DNA of 64,000 nucleotides from an uncultured Holophagales bacterium (GCA_963842525.1 CAWJGT010000003.1:512001-576000); one strand, 5' to 3'; counted from the stretch's first letter, positions 19,301 through 34,300 are shown. Notes: generated from the sequence alone by a model not told the origin. Made by a program: numbers and translations.

Positions 19301-22300
19301 GTCTCTCTCTGACCCCCTTGCGCCTGGAGGGGGCGACGGCCAAGTTCGACCTCACCTTCATTCTGGGCGAGACGGCGCAGGGGCTCGCCGGAGCGCTGGA
19401 GTACAGCACCGACCTGTTCGAGGGCCCGACCGTCGACCGCCTGCTTGCCCACTTCCGGAGCCTGCTCACGGCCATGACGGCCGATCCCGGAGCGCGCCTG
19501 GCGGAGCTTCCGCTGCTGTCCCCCGCGGAGCGGCATCAGATCGTGACCGACTGGAACGACACCCGGGCTCCCTTTGCCGCCGGCGCCTGTCTCCACGACC
19601 TTTTCGAGGCGCAGGTGGCGCAGGCTCCGGGCGCGACGGCGGCGGTCTGCGCGGAGTTGGTGCTCACCTACGCGCAACTGAACGGCAGGGCCAATCAGTT
19701 GGCGCACCACCTGGTGAGCTGCGGAGCGCGGAGGGGATCCCTGGTGGCGATCTACCTCGAACGCTCGCCGGAGATGCTCGTGGCGGTGCTGGGCGTCCTC
19801 AAGGCCGGCGCGGCCTACGTGCCCCTGGATTCGGCCTGGCCGGAGTCGCGCATCGCCTGGATCCTGTCGACGTTGGGAATCCGGCAGATCCTCACGCAGG
19901 GCTCGCGGCTCGCGGCGGTCCAGAGCTTCTGCTCCGAAACGGAGCTCGCGGACGTCGTCTGCCTCGACGAGGTCGCCACGGAGCAGGTCAAGGGGCTCCG
20001 GATCCAGGACCGCTCGCACCTGGACCGGCTCTCTACGGAGAATCCGGACCGGCGGGCCGACGCGGACGACCTCGCCTACGTCATCTTCACCTCGGGGACC
20101 ACGGGGACTCCCAAGGGCGTCATGGTCTGCCACCGGCCCGTGATCAACCTCATCGAGTGGGTCAACCGGTCGTTCGCGGCCGGCCCCTCCGACCGGCTCC
20201 TGTTCCTGACCTCCCTGTGCTTCGACCTCTCCGTGTACGACATCTTCGGCATCCTCGCCGCGGGAGGCAGCGTGCGGGTGGCGACGGGAGCGGAGGTGCG
20301 GGACCCCCGGCAGCTCCTCGACATCCTGCTGCGGGAGCCCATCACCTTCTGGGACTCCGCTCCCGCGGCGCTGCAGCAGTTGGTGCCGTTCCTGCCAGCT
20401 CGCCCGGAGCCCGGCAGCGGTGACCTCCGGCTGGTGTTCCTGAGCGGCGACTGGGCCCCGGTGACCCTGCCCGACCGCATCCGGCAGGCCTTCCCGAAAG
20501 CCCGGCTCATCAGCCTGGGCGGCGCCACCGAGGCGACGGTCTGGTCCAACTTCCATCCCATCGCCGTGGTGGAGCCGGGCTGGGTGAGCATCCCCTACGG
20601 CCGGCCGATCCAGAACGCCCGCTACCACATCCTGGACTCCGAGCTGGCGCCCGCGCCCGTGGGCGTGCCCGGGGACCTCTACATCGGCGGCGACTGCCTC
20701 TTCTCGGGGTATGCCCAGGAGCCCCGGCTGACCTCCGGGAAGCTGATCCCCGATCCCTTCGGTGAAACGGGAGCGCGGCTCTACAGGACCGGTGACCGCG
20801 CCCGCTACTGGCCGGACGGGACCATGGAGTTCCTCGGCCGCCTGGACCATCAGGTCAAGATCCGCGGCTTCCGCATCGAGCTGGGAGAGATCGAGGCGAC
20901 CCTGGCCCAACATCCGGCGGTGAGCGCGGTGGCCGTCCTGGCACGGGAGGACCGCCCCGGCGACAAGCGCCTGGTCGCGTACGTGGTCGCCAGGCCGGAC
21001 CAGCCGCTGGGAGCCGGAGATCTGCGCGCCTTCCTCCAGGAGGTGCTGCCGGCGTACATGGTCCCGGCGGCATTCGTCTTCCTCTCGTCCCTGCCGGTCA
21101 CTTCCAACGGCAAGCTGGACCGCCGCGCCCTCCCGGCGCCGGAGCTCCAGCGCTCCGCGCCGGAGGCAGCCCCCGTCGCGCCGCGGACACCGGCCGAGGA
21201 AATCCTTGCCGCGGTCTGGATCGAGGTGCTGGGGGTCGACGAGGTCGGAGTGGCCGACAACTTCTTCGAGCTGGGCGGCGACTCCATCCTCAGCATCCAG
21301 GTCGTGTCACGGGCGAGCCGGCGCGGCCTGCGCCTGACCCCCAGGGACATGTTCGAGCACCCGACGATCGAGGGCCTGGCCGCCGTGGCCCGCAGAGGAT
21401 CCGACAGCCGCGACGAGGTGGGCCCGGTGACCGGCCCGGTCCCTCTGACCCCCATTCAACTTTGGTTCTTCGCGCAGCAGCTCCCGCACGCCGAGCACTT
21501 CAACCAAGCCCTGCTGCTCGAGATGCGGGATCCGGACGGGGGTGCGGTGCAGTCCTCCCTTCTGCGCCGTGCAATCCTTCTCCTGCAGGCCCATCACGAT
21601 GCGCTGCGTCTGCGCTTCGAGCCCCCCTCGCCGGAGCGGCCGTTCTGGACGCAGGTGAGCGGCGAGGTGCCCGCGGCGGCCTCCTTCCTGCACATAGACC
21701 TGGCGGCTCTGCCCGCGGAGCTGCGAGCGAAAGCCCTGGAGGCTTGTGCGGCCGAGTTGCAGGAGAGCCTGATCCTTGGCGTGGCTCCTCTGCTGCGGGC
21801 CGCCCTGTTCACGGCGGCTTCCGGGCAGCCCGACCGTCTGCTCCTCATCCTCCATCACCTGGTGGTGGACGGCGTCTCCTGGCGCATCCTGCTCGAGGAC
21901 CTGGAGGCTGCATACCGGCAGCTCGGCCGCGGCGAGGAGGCCGACCTGCCGCCGCGGACAGCGCCGTTCCTGCTCTGGGCGCAGAGGCTCGCGGAGCACG
22001 CGCGCACCCCCGCGGTCCAGGAGGAGGCGAGCTACTGGCAGACCCGGCTTCGAAGGGCGCCGTCACCCCTGCCCGTGGACCTCGACGCCGGCCCGGACGA
22101 CGTGGGCTCGACCCGCAGCGTCGAGGTCTCCCTCGATGCCGAGGGGACGCGCGCCCTGCTCCAGGAGGTGCCGCGAGTCTACCGGACGCGCATCAACGAC
22201 GTCCTCCTGACGGCTCTCGCGGCGGCCTTCGCAGGCTGGACAGGGAGCCGCCGTCTGCTGGTGGACCTCGAAGGGCACGGCCGGGAGGAGCTCTTCGAGA

Positions 22301-25300
22301 ACCTGGACATCTCGCGCACGGTGGGGTGGTTCACGACCCTGTTCCCGGTGCTCCTCGACTTGGACGGGGCGGCGGAGCCGGGCCAGGCCTTGAAGTCGAT
22401 CAAGGAGCAGTTGCGCGCGGTTCCTGACGGCGGGATCGGCTTCGGGCTCCTCGCGCGGGAGCCGGACGCGTTGCCGCGGGCGCAGGTGGTGTTCAACTAC
22501 CTGGGACAGCTCGACCAGGCCGTGGCCGCGGACCGGCTCTTCCGGCCGACTCGCGAGAGGAGCGGGGCCACGCGCCACCCCGCGCAGCCGCGGTCCCACC
22601 TTTTGGAGATCGGCGGCAGCGTGAGCGGCGGCAGGCTGTGCATGGTCTGGGGCTACAGCGGGAACCGGCACCTGCGCTCGACGATCGAGGAGCTGGCCCG
22701 GGGGTTCCTGGGCGCACTGCGGGCCCAGATCGCACACTGCCTCGCCGCCATCGAGAGGGGCGAGCTCGGCTCCACGCCGTCGGATTTCCCGCTGGCCGGC
22801 ATTGACGCGGCGGGTCTCGACCGCATCGCCGCGGCGGCGGGCGGATCGATCGAGGACCTCTATCCCGCGTCGCCGGTCCAGGAGGGGATGCTCTTCCACA
22901 GCCTCCATGCCCCGGAGTCGGGGGTCTACCTGGAGCAATTGAGCCTCGCTCTCGGCGGCGACCTGCACGTGGCGGCCTTCGAGCGCGCCTGGGAGCTCCT
23001 GGTCCAGCGCCATCCGATCCTCCGGACCGCGTTCCACTGGCAGGGCCTGGACCGGCCTCTCCAAGTGGCCGTGCCCCGGGTGCCGCTGGCCTGGGACCGG
23101 CGGGACTGGCGGGGGCTCCCGGCCGAGGAGCAGCGGGGCCGGCTGGCGTCCTTCCTGGAGGAGGACCGCCGCCGCGGGTTCGATCTCGCCTCGCCGCCCC
23201 TCCTGCGGCTGGCGCTGATCCGGCTGAGCAACGACGCCTACCGGTTCGTCTGGAGCCATCACCACATCCTCCTGGACGGCTGGTCGCTGCCGATCCTCCT
23301 GCGCGACCTCTTCGCCTTCTACCAGGCCTCTCTCCGCGGCGAGGAGGCCCGCCTCGGGCACGCCCGCCCCTATCGGGACTACATCGCCTGGCTGGAGCGC
23401 CAGGACCTCGGCGAGGCGGCGGGCTTCTGGCGGCGGACGCTCCAGGGGTTCGCGGCCCCCACACCCCTGGGCGGCGAGCGCATCGCCGGCCCGCCGGACT
23501 GGGCGCACCAGGGGACGCACCAGACCGCGCTGCCGTCCGCCGCCACCGAGGCGCTGCGGGCGTTCGCCCGCCAGCACCAGGTGACGCTCAACAGTCTGGT
23601 GCAGGGAGCCTGGGCTCTGCTCCTGGGCCGCTACAGCGGCGAGACGGACGTGGTCTTCGGCGCCGTCACCTCGGGCCGTTCGGTCCCGCTCGACGGTATC
23701 GAGGGCATCGTCGGGCTCTTCATCAACACGCTGCCGGCCCGCATCGGGGTAGCTCCGGAGGCGGAGCTCCTGCCCTGGTTGCGGGAGATCCAGGACCGCC
23801 AGGCCGAGCTGCGCCAGTACGAGTTCAGCCCTCTGTCCCAGGTCCAGGGCTGGAGCGAGGTCCCGCGCGGGCTGCCGCTCTTCGAGAGCATCCTGGCCTT
23901 CGAAAACTATCCGGTGGACCAGTCGGTCCACGAGCAGGCCGGGCGGGGGCTGCGGATCTCCGAGGCCGAGGGCAGGGAGCAGACCAACTACCCGCTCACC
24001 CTGGTGGCGGGGCCCGGCTCGCGCCTGGGCCTGCGCGTGCTCCATGACGCCCGCCGGTTCGACGCCCCCTACATCGGGAGGATGCTGCGCCACCTGGAGA
24101 ACCTGCTCACCAGCATGGCGAACGATGCCGCTCCACGGCTCGGCGCGCTGGCGATGCTGGCCGGGAGCGAGCGGCATCAACTGGTCGTGGACTGGAACGA
24201 CACGGCAGTCCGGTATCCAGGCACGGAGCTCCTCCATCACCGCATCCAGGCCCAGACGGCCCGCACCCCGGACGCCGTGGCGGTGAACTGTGAAGGGGCA
24301 TCACTCAGCTATTCCGCCCTCGTGACCCGTGCCCGCCGGCTCGCCGGCCACCTGCGGCGGCTCGGGGTGGGCGCGGACGTGCCGGTGGGGATCTGCATGG
24401 GGCGCTCGCTCGACATGGTGGTCGGATTGCTGGCCATCCTCGAGGCCGGCGGGGCCTACGTCCCCCTCGACCCGTCCTACCCTGCCGAGCGCCTCGCGTT
24501 CATGCTGGAGGACGCCCTGGCAGCGGGTGCGCCCGTGCTCGCCCAGAGCCACGCCGCGGAGCGCATCGAGCCTCTCCTCCCGCCGGGCGTGCGCCTCGTC
24601 CTCCCGGAGGCGGGAGAGGCCACGATCGGTCTGCCGGAAGAGCCGGAAGCCCTCTCTCCCGACCATCTGGCCTACGTCATCTACACCTCGGGCTCTACGG
24701 GTAAGCCCAAGGGGGCGATGAACACGCACCGGGCGATCGTCAACCGCCTGCTCTGGATGCAGGAGACCTACCGGCTCACGGCGTCGGACGCGGTCCTGCA
24801 GAAGACCCCGATGAGCTTCGACGTGTCGGTCTGGGAATTCTTCTGGCCCCTGATGGTGGGCGCCCGGCTGGTCCTGGCGCGTCCCGAGGGGCACAAGGAC
24901 CCCTCCTATCTGGCCGGCCTCATCGAGGAGCAGGAGGTCACGACCCTGCACTTCGTCCCCTCCCTGCTGCAGATCTTCCTTACGGAGGAGGGGCCGGAGA
25001 GGTGCCGCTCCCTGCGCCGGGTGATCGCGAGCGGCGAGGCGCTCCCCGGCGAGCTGCGGCGGCGCTTCTTCGACCGCCTGCGGCCCGTCGAGCTGCACAA
25101 CCTCTACGGCCCCACCGAGGCTGCAGTGGACGTAACCTTCCATGCCTGCAACCCTGGCGAGAACGGCCCCACCGTGCCCATCGGCCGGCCGGTCGCCAAC
25201 GCCGGCATCCACCTGTTGGATCGGGACCTGCAGCCGGTGCCCATCGGCGTGGCAGGTGAGCTGCACATCGCCGGCGTCGCCCTGGGACGCGGCTATCTGG

Positions 25301-28300
25301 GCCGGCCGGGGCTCACGGCGGAGAGGTTCGTGCCGGATCCGTTCGCGGCGCATCCCGGTGATCGCCTGTACCGGACCGGCGACCTGGCTCGCCGCCGGCC
25401 GGACGGAGAGGTCGAATACCTCGGCCGCGTCGACCATCAGGTCAAGATCCGCGGTGTGCGGATCGAGCTGGGGGAGATCGAGGCGCTGCTCGCCCGGCAC
25501 CCCGGTGTCCGCGAAGCAGTGGTGCTGGCCCGGGAGGACCAGCCCGGCGAGCCGCGGCTGGCCGCGTACGTCGTCCCGCGAGGCGAGGGGGCCGCTCCCG
25601 AGGATCTGCGGCGCTTCCTGGGGGCTCACCTGCCGGAGGCCATGATCCCGGCGTCCGTAACCTTCCTGGAGGCGCTGCGACTGCTGCCGAACGGCAAGGT
25701 GGACCGCAAGGCCTTGCCCGCCCCCGAGAGAGCAGCTCCCGCGGGCTTCCAGGCGCCGCGGACGCCGGTCGAAGAGATGCTGGCAGGGATCTTCTGCGAG
25801 CTCCTGCGGGTGGAGCGGGTCGGGGCGGAGGATGGCTTCTTCGAGCTGGGCGGGCACTCGCTGCTGGCCATGCAGCTCGTCTCCCGGATCCGCGGCGCCT
25901 TCGACGTCGAGGTGCCGGTACGGGTGGTCTTCGACGCTCCTGCGGTCCGCGACCTGGCCGACCGGGTGGAGCAGGCCATGCGGGCGGCGGAGGGCGGCCT
26001 GCTGCCGGCCATTGCGCCGCAGGTCCGGGGAGGGGAGGCGCCCTTGTCTTTCGCGCAGCAACGGCTCTGGTTCCTCGACCAGCTCGATGCCGGCAGCGCC
26101 GCCTACAACCTCCCGCTGGTGCTGCGGCTGGAAGGAGCTCTCGACGCCGCGGCGCTCGCGGCCTCTTTCCAGGAGATCGCACGCCGCCATGACACCCTGC
26201 GGACTACGTTCATCCTGGCCGGTGGAGAGGTGGTCCAGAGCATCGCGCCCCAGGGCCCATTTCCGCTGCCGGCGGTTGACCTGAGCGGTCTGGCCGGCCC
26301 GCGGCGTGGATTCGAGGCACGGCGCCTCGTCCGGGAGGAGCTGCGGCGCCCCTTCGATCTCTGGCGCGGTCCGCTGCTGCGCGCCGCGTTGCTCGCGCTG
26401 GCGGCCGAGGACCATCTCGTCCTGCTCAACATGCATCACATCAGCAGCGACGGCTGGTCGATGGGGGTGCTGGTACGGGAGCTGGGGGCCCTGTACGGCG
26501 CCTTCTCCCGCGGCCTCCCGTCGCCTCTGCCCGAGCTTCCGATCCAATACGCCGACTTCGCACGCTGGCAGCGCCACTGGCTCGCGGGAGACGTGCTGGA
26601 GAACGAGCTCGGCTACTGGCGCGAGCGGCTGCGCGGCTTGCCGCCGCTGCTGGAGCTGTCCACGGACCGGCCGCGTCCGGCGGTCCAGACGTTCGCCGGC
26701 AGGAGCCGGTCCTTCGACCTGGGCGAGGGGCTGCTCGGCAGGGTCCTGGACCTTTCGCGCCGCCAGAGGGCGACGCTGTTCATGACTCTTCTCGCGGCGT
26801 TCCAGGCCCTGCTCTCCCGTCACACGGGCCAGGACGACCTGGTGGTGGGCACGCCCATCGCGGGCCGCAACCAGCTCCAGACGGAGGGGCTCATCGGGTT
26901 CTTCGTCAATACGCTGATGCTGCGGGCCGATCTGGCGGGCGACCCCCGGTTCGCCGATCTGGTGGGCCGCGCCCGGGAGGCCGCCCTCGGCGCCTATGCG
27001 CACCAGGAGCTGCCGTTCGAGAAGCTGGTGGAGGAGCTGCGGCCGGAGCGCAGCCTCGGCCACTCGCCGCTGTTCCAGGTGATGTTCGGCATGCAGAACA
27101 CGCCGGCGGAGGCGCTGGTCCTGCCAGGCCTCGCGGTCAGCATGCCGCGGACCGAGGACGAGACCGCGAAGTTCGACCTGAGCCTCTTCCTCGGCGAGGC
27201 GGCAGGGCGGTTGGCGGCCTCCTTCAACTACAACACCGACCTGTTCAACGGCGTCACCATCGAGCGCCTGTGGAACGGTTTCGGGCGGCTGCTGACGGCC
27301 GCGGTCGAGGCCCCCGAACGGCGGGTCTCGGAGCTGCCCCTGCTCGGCGAGGCGGAGCGTCATGAGCTGCTGGTGGAATGGAACGATACCGGCTCTCCTT
27401 ATCCCGCCTCGGCGAGCCTGCAGGAGCTGTTCGAGGCCCAGGTCCGTAGCACCCCGGATGCCCCCGCCCTGCTGTTCGCGACGAGCGCCGGCGAGAGCAC
27501 GACCTCGTATGGCGAGCTGAGCCACCGCGCGAACCGCCTGGCGCACCGCCTGCGCGGCCTCGGCGTCGGGCCGGAGAGCCGCGTCGGCCTCTGCTTCGAG
27601 CGGTCGCCGGAGATGGTGATCGCGCTGCTGGGGATCCTCAAGGCGGGCGGCGCCTACGTCCCTCTTGATCCGGACTACCCGGGCGAGCGTCTGGCCTTCA
27701 TGATGGAGGACTCCGGGCTGCGCTGGCTGATCGGGGACGAGCAGACGGTGACTCGTCTCCCTCACCGCCTGATGGACGGGATGGAGCTGATCCTTCTCAA
27801 GGGCTCCTCCAGCGATGTCCTCGCTTTTTCCGCGAACAATCCGCCGGTGACGACCGCCGGCAGCAGCCTGGCCTACGTGATGTACACCTCGGGCTCCAGC
27901 GGCCGGCCGAAAGGAGTGGGTGTGCCCCACCGGGCCGTGGTGCGGCTGGTCCACAAGACCGGCTATGCCGACTTCGGACCCGGCCAGGTCTTTCTGCAGC
28001 TCGCGCCCATCTCATTCGACGCCTCGACGCTGGAGATCTGGGGAGCTCTCTTGCACGGCTCTCCGCTGGCGCTCATGCCCGCCCATGCCTTCTCGCTGGA
28101 AGAGCTGGGACGGGCCCTCGAGCGGTATCGTGTCACGACCCTCTGGTTGACCGCAGGGTTGTTCCACCAGCTCGTCGAGCACAATCTCGAGCTCCTCCGG
28201 CCCGTGCGGCAGCTCCTCGCCGGTGGCGAGGCGCTCTCGGCGCCCCATGTGCGGAGAGTGCTCTCCGAGCTGCCGGATACCCGTCTGATCAACGGCTACG

Positions 28301-31300
28301 GCCCGACCGAGAACACCACCTTCACCTGCTGTTACCCCATGCAGGGGCCGGAGCGCATCGGCTCCTCCGTGCCGCTCGGGTGGCCGATCGCCAACACCCA
28401 GGTCCAGATGCTGGACCCTCATGGCCAGCACGTCCCGATCGGGGTCGCGGGCGAGCTCTGTACCGGCGGCGCCGGGCTGGCGCGCGGCTACCTGGGCCGG
28501 CCCGATCTCACTGCCGAGCGGTTCATCCCGAACCCCTTTGGAGAGCAGGGAGGACGCCTGTACAGGACCGGTGACCGCGCGCGCTCCCTGCCGGGCGGCG
28601 AGATCGAGCTCCTGGGGCGCATCGACCAGCAGGTCAAGATCCGCGGCTTCCGCATCGAGCCGGGAGAGATCGAGTCCCTCCTGGCGGAGCACCCGGAAGT
28701 GAGGGCGGCGGCGGTCGTCGTCCGGGAGGATCTGCCCGGCGGGAGAGGGCTCGTGGCCTATGTGGCTCCCGCAGCAGGCGCCGCTCCCGAGGCCGCGGCT
28801 CTGCGTTCCTTCCTGCGGACCCGGCTGCCGGAGCACATGGTGCCGACCCACGTGGCCTTCCTGGAGGGCCTGCCGTTGACCCCCAACGGCAAGGTGGACC
28901 GCCGGGCGCTGGCCCAGGCGGCTCCGGCGCCGGGCCTCGGCTCCGAGGCTCCCGCCGTGGCCCCACGGAGTCCCATCGAAGAGCTGCTGGCGGGGATCTT
29001 CGCCGAGTTGCTCCGCGCGGAGCGGGTGGATGTGGAGGAGAGCTTCTTCGACCTGGGCGGGCATTCGCTGCTCGCCACGCAGCTCGTCTCCCGCGTGAGG
29101 GACGTCCTGGGCGTGGAGATCGCGGTCCGGGGCGTCTTCGAGACGCCGACCGTGACGGGTCTCGCCGCGGCGGTGGAGCGGGCGCGGCTGGCGGGGGAGG
29201 AGACACGGATGCCGCCGATCACGCCGGCTCCGCGGGACGCGGACCTGCCGCTCTCCTTCGCCCAGCAGAGGCTCTGGTTCCTCGACCGGATGGCGCCGGG
29301 CAGCGCGGCCTACAACGTCCCGACGGCTGTCCGTCTGGAAGGGCCGCTCGACACCGCGGCCCTGGCGGCGAGCCTTGCCGAGGTGGTGCGGCGGCACGAG
29401 GCGCTGCGGACCACGTTCGCCGCGGTGGCCGGCGAGGCCGTCCAGGTGGTGGCCGCCGGCGCCGCGGTCCGCCTGGCCGTGGTCGACCTCTCCGGATCGC
29501 CGGGAGCGAAGGAGGACGAGGTCCGGCGCCTGGCCCGCGAGGAGGCGCGGCGGCCCTTCGACCTCTCCCGCGGCCCCCTGCTGCGGGCGACCCTGGTGAC
29601 GCTCGGCCGCGAGGAGCACGTTCTCCTCCTGACCCTGCACCACATCGCCGGCGACGCCTGGTCGATGGAGGTGCTGGTCCGGGAGCTGACCACGCTCTAT
29701 GCGGCGTTCTCCCAGGGCAGGCCCTCGCCCCTGCCGGAAGCTCGCGGTCCAGTACGCCGACTTCGCGTGCTGGCAGCGGCGCTGGCTCACGGGGGAGGTG
29801 CTGGCCGCCGAGATCAGCTACTGGCGGGAGGGGCTACGGGGGCTGCCGCCGAGCCTGGACCTGCCCGCGGACAGGCCGCGGCCGGTTGTCCAGAGCTTCG
29901 CGGGAGCGGGCTGCCCGTTCCGCCTGCCGGAGGAGGTGGTGGAGGGGCTCCGGGTGCTCGCCCGCAGCCGGGGAGTGACGCCGTTCATGGCGCTGCTCGC
30001 CGGGTTCCAGACCCTGCTCGCGCGCTGCTCCGGCCAGGACGACCTCGCCGTGGGCACGCCGATCGCCGGCCGCAACCACGTCCAGACCGAGGGGCTGATC
30101 GGCTTCTTCGCCAACACCCTGGTGCTGCGCACCGGCTTCGGCGGCAGACCGACCACCGTCGACCTCCTGCGCCAGGTGCGCGCGACCACGCTCTCGGCCT
30201 ACGACCATCAGGACCTGCCGTTCGAAAAGCTGGTCGAGGCCCTGAACCCGGCACGCGACCTCGAGCCGCTCCCCGCTGTTCCAGGTGATGCTCGCGCTGC
30301 AGAACGTCCCGGCCGCGGGGGCGGCTCTCCCCGGCTTCCGGCTGAGCCCGCTCAGCGTCCGCCGCGAGATGGCGAAGTTCAACCTGACCCTGGAGATGGC
30401 GGAAGGCGGCCACGGCATGGCCGGCACGATCGAGTACAACCGCGACCTGTTCAACCGCTCGACGGTCCTGCGCCTGCTGGCCCATTTCGAAAGGCTCCTG
30501 GAGGGGATGGCGGCCGTGCCGGAGATGGCGGTCGGCGAGCTGCCCCTGCTCAGCGAACGCGAGCAGGCCCAGCTCCTGGAATGGAATGACACGGCGCGGA
30601 CGGCGCGGGAGGTCCCGCCGGATGCGACGCTCCACGGCCTCTTCGCCGAGCAGGCGAGGCGTTCTCCGTCCGCCCTGGCGGTCGTCTTCGGCCGCGAGGT
30701 GATGACCTACGGCGAGCTCGACGACCGCGCCAACCGCGTAGCCCGTCATCTCGGCGAGCTTGGGGTCGGACCCGAAGCGCGGGTGGGCATCGCGATGGAA
30801 CGCTCGCTCGAGCTCGTCGTGGCTCTGCTCGCCACTCTGAAGGCCGGAGCCGCGTACGTGCCTCTCGATCTCTCCTATCCCGCGGAGCGGCTGGCCGCCA
30901 TGGCCGAGGATGCCTTCGGCGGGCTCGAGCGGCCTGTGCTGCTGGTGCAGTCCGCGCCGGCCGCCCTGCCGGCGGCGCTCCGCGCGCAAGGTGTGCAGGT
31001 GGTCTCCATCGACGACATCCCCGAGCCCGCCGGCGGCAGCAGGGATGACGATCCGGCCGGGGCCGCCAGTCCGGACGGCCTGGCCTACGTGATCTTCACC
31101 TCCGGGACGACCGGCCGGCCCAAGGGTGCGATGAACACCCACCGAGCCATCGGCAACCGCCTGCTGTGGATGCAGGATTCCTACAACCTCGGAGCCGGCG
31201 ACCGCATCCTCCAGAAGACGCCCTTCAGCTTCGACGTCTCGGTGTGGGAATTCTTCTGGCCCCTGCTCACCGGCGCCCGCCTGGTGCTCGCGCTGCCGGG

Positions 31301-34300
31301 CGGCCATCACGACCCGTCCTACCTGGCGCGCCTGATCGCCGAGGAGGGGGTGACGACGGTGCACTTCGTGCCCTCGATGCTCCGGCTCTTCCTGGAGGAG
31401 CCCGCCGTCGCATCCCTCGCCAGCCTGCGCCGGGTGATCGCGAGCGGCGAGGCCCTGCCGGCCGACCTCGCGGCCCGGTTCCATGCCCGCATGCCGGAAA
31501 AAACCGAGCTGCACAACCTCTATGGTCCGACGGAGGCGGCAGTCGATGTCACCTCCTGGCCGTGCGGGCACGGCGATGCGCGGACCTCCATCCCGATCGG
31601 CCGGCCCGTCGCGAACACCCGCATCCACCTCCTCGACCGCGGCTGCCTGCCGGTGCCGGCCGGAGTTGCCGGGGAAGCTCTATATCGCCGGCGTCCAGGT
31701 CGGACGCGGGTACCTCAACCGCCCGGGGCTGACTGCGGAGCGGTTCGTCCCCGATCCCTGGCCGGGCACGTCGCCGGGAAGCCGCCTCTATCGGACGGGC
31801 GACCTGGCTCGCCGGCTGTCCGACGGCACCCTGGAATACCTGGGGCGGATCGACCATCAGGTCAAGGTCCGCGGCCACCGGATCGAGCCGGCGGAGGTCG
31901 AGGCGGCCCTGCTGCGGCATCCCGGCCTTCGGGAGGCCGCGGTCGTGGCGCGCACCCGGGGTGGTGAGACCTCTCTGGCCGCCTATGTGGTCGCCGCGGA
32001 CGGGCCGGTGCCGGACGCCCTGGCGGTGCGGGCCTTCCTGCGCGAGCTGCTGCCGGAGCCGATGGTTCCGGCCTGGATCGTCCCCCTGCCGGAGCTGCCG
32101 CTCACCGTCAACGGCAAGCTGGACCGGCGGGCCTTGCCGGAGCCGGAGGCCGGGGTCCGCGAGACGGCCCGGACCGTGCCCGCGAGCGAGCTCGAGCGGA
32201 CCATCGCCGCGATCTGGTGCGAGGTGCTGGGCCTCGACCGGGTGGGGGTCGGGGAGAGCTTCTTCGATCTGGGCGGCCACTCGCTGCGGCTGGTCCAGGT
32301 GCAGGCGCGGCTGCGGCAGGCCCTCGGACGCGAGCTCTCGGTGGTCGAGCTGTTCCAGTACCCGACCGTCGCCGCCCTCGCCCGTTTCCTCGACGACGGC
32401 CGGCGGGAGGAGGGCCGCCCGGCGCCGCTCGCGCGGACCGCTCCGGCATCCCTGGTGGCCGAGGGCCGGTCCCGGGACATCGCGGTCATCGGCATGGCCG
32501 GCCGCTTTCCCGGCGCGCGCGATGTCCAGGAGCTGTGGGACAACCTGCGCCAGGGCGTCGATTCGCTCACCTTCTTCTCCGACGAGGAGCTCCTGGCCGC
32601 CGGCATTCCTCCGGAGCGGCTCGCTTCGCCCGACTACGTCAAGGCGGGCCGGGTGCTCGAGGGCATCGACCTCTTCGACGCCGGGTTCTTCGGCTTCAGC
32701 CCGCGCGAAGCCGAGCTCTTGGACCCGCAGCAGCGGCTGTTCCTGGAGTGCGCATGGCAGGCGCTCGAGAGCGCCGGCCACAGCCCGCGGGGCTGCCGGG
32801 GCCGGGTCGGCGTCTATGCCGGCGCGCGGATGAGCAGCTACGCCTTCAACATCTTCTCGCGCCCGGACATCCTGGAGTCGCTGGGCGACATCGCCGTGCA
32901 GGCGGCCGTCGACAAGGACTACCTGGCCACCCGGGTCTCCTACGAGCTCGACCTCAAGGGGCCGAGCCTCACCGTGCAGACCGCCTGCTCGACCTCCCTG
33001 GTGGCGGTGCACCTCGCCTCCCAGTCCCTCGGCTCCGGCGAGTGTGACATGGCCCTCGCCGGCGGCGTCGCGGTGCAGACGCAGCAGCGCACCGGGTACA
33101 TGTACCAGCCGGGGAGCATCCTGTCCCGCGACGGCCGCTGCCGCACCTTCGACGCCCAGGCGAGCGGCACGCTCAGCGGGGACGGAGTCGGTGTGGTCGT
33201 CCTCAAGCGGCTGCAGGACGCCCTGCGCGACGGCGACACCATCCATGCCGTGATCAAGGGATCAGCCATCAACAACGATGGCGCTCTCAAGGTGGGCTAC
33301 ACCGCCCCGAGCGTCGAGGGGCAGGCGCAGGTCATCGCGGCGGCCCAGGAGGCGGCCGGCGTCTCCGCGGACAGCATCACCTATGTCGAGGCCCACGGCA
33401 CGGCCACGCCCCTGGGGGACCCGATCGAGATCGCCGCCCTGACCCAGGCCTTCCGCAAAGGGACCGACCGGACCGGCTTCTGCGCCGTGGGATCGGTCAA
33501 GACCAACCTCGGCCATCTGGATGCCGCGGCCGGGGTCACCGGCCTCATCAAGACCGCTCTTGCGCTCCGGCACCGCCAGATTCCGCCCAGCCTCCACTTC
33601 GCGGCGCCCAATCCGAAGATCGACTTCGCGGCAAGCCCGTTCTACGTCAACACGAAGCTCGCGGAGTGGCGGAGCGAAGAGGGGCCGCGCCGGGCCGGCG
33701 TGAGCTCCTTCGGGATGGGCGGTACGAACGCGCACGCCGTTCTCGAGGAGGCTCCCGCGGTCGAGCCCTCCGGGCCCTCGCGCGCTTGGCAGCTCCTCCA
33801 GCTCTCGGCCAGGACGCCCGAGGCCCTCGAGGAGGCCACCGCGAACCTGGCCCGCTTCCTCGCCCACAATCCCGGCGTCAGCCTGCCCGATGTCGCCCAC
33901 ACGCTCCAGGTGGGGCGGGTGGCCTTCGAGCACCGGCGCATGCTGGTCTGCCGCAACGTCGAAGAAGCCGTCGCCGGCCTGGAAGGAGGCCTCCCGGGAC
34001 GCCTCCTCTCGCGGCACACCGAGCCCGCCCACCGCCCGGTCGCCTTCCTGTTCCCCGGGCAGGGCGCGCAGCACGTGGACATGCTGCGCGGGCTTTACGA
34101 GACCGAGCCGGTGTTCCGGCGTGAGCTGGATGCCTGTGCCGAGCGGCTCCTGCCGCGGCTGGGACGTGACCTGCGCGATCTCCTGCATCCCGCGGCGGAG
34201 CGGCGCGAAGAGGCCAGGTGTGACCTGCGCCGGACCCGCTTCGCCCAGCCGGCCCTGTTCGCTGTCGAGCTCGCCCTCGCCCGCCTCTGGATCTCCTGGG

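Noticed and set aside
19590-21140. Thiazoline/thiazole formation from the Cys-clade module
   Set aside because: The upstream domain has HHTVSDGWS (standard C), not the DxxxxD motif of cyclisation domains, and no oxidase domain is present.
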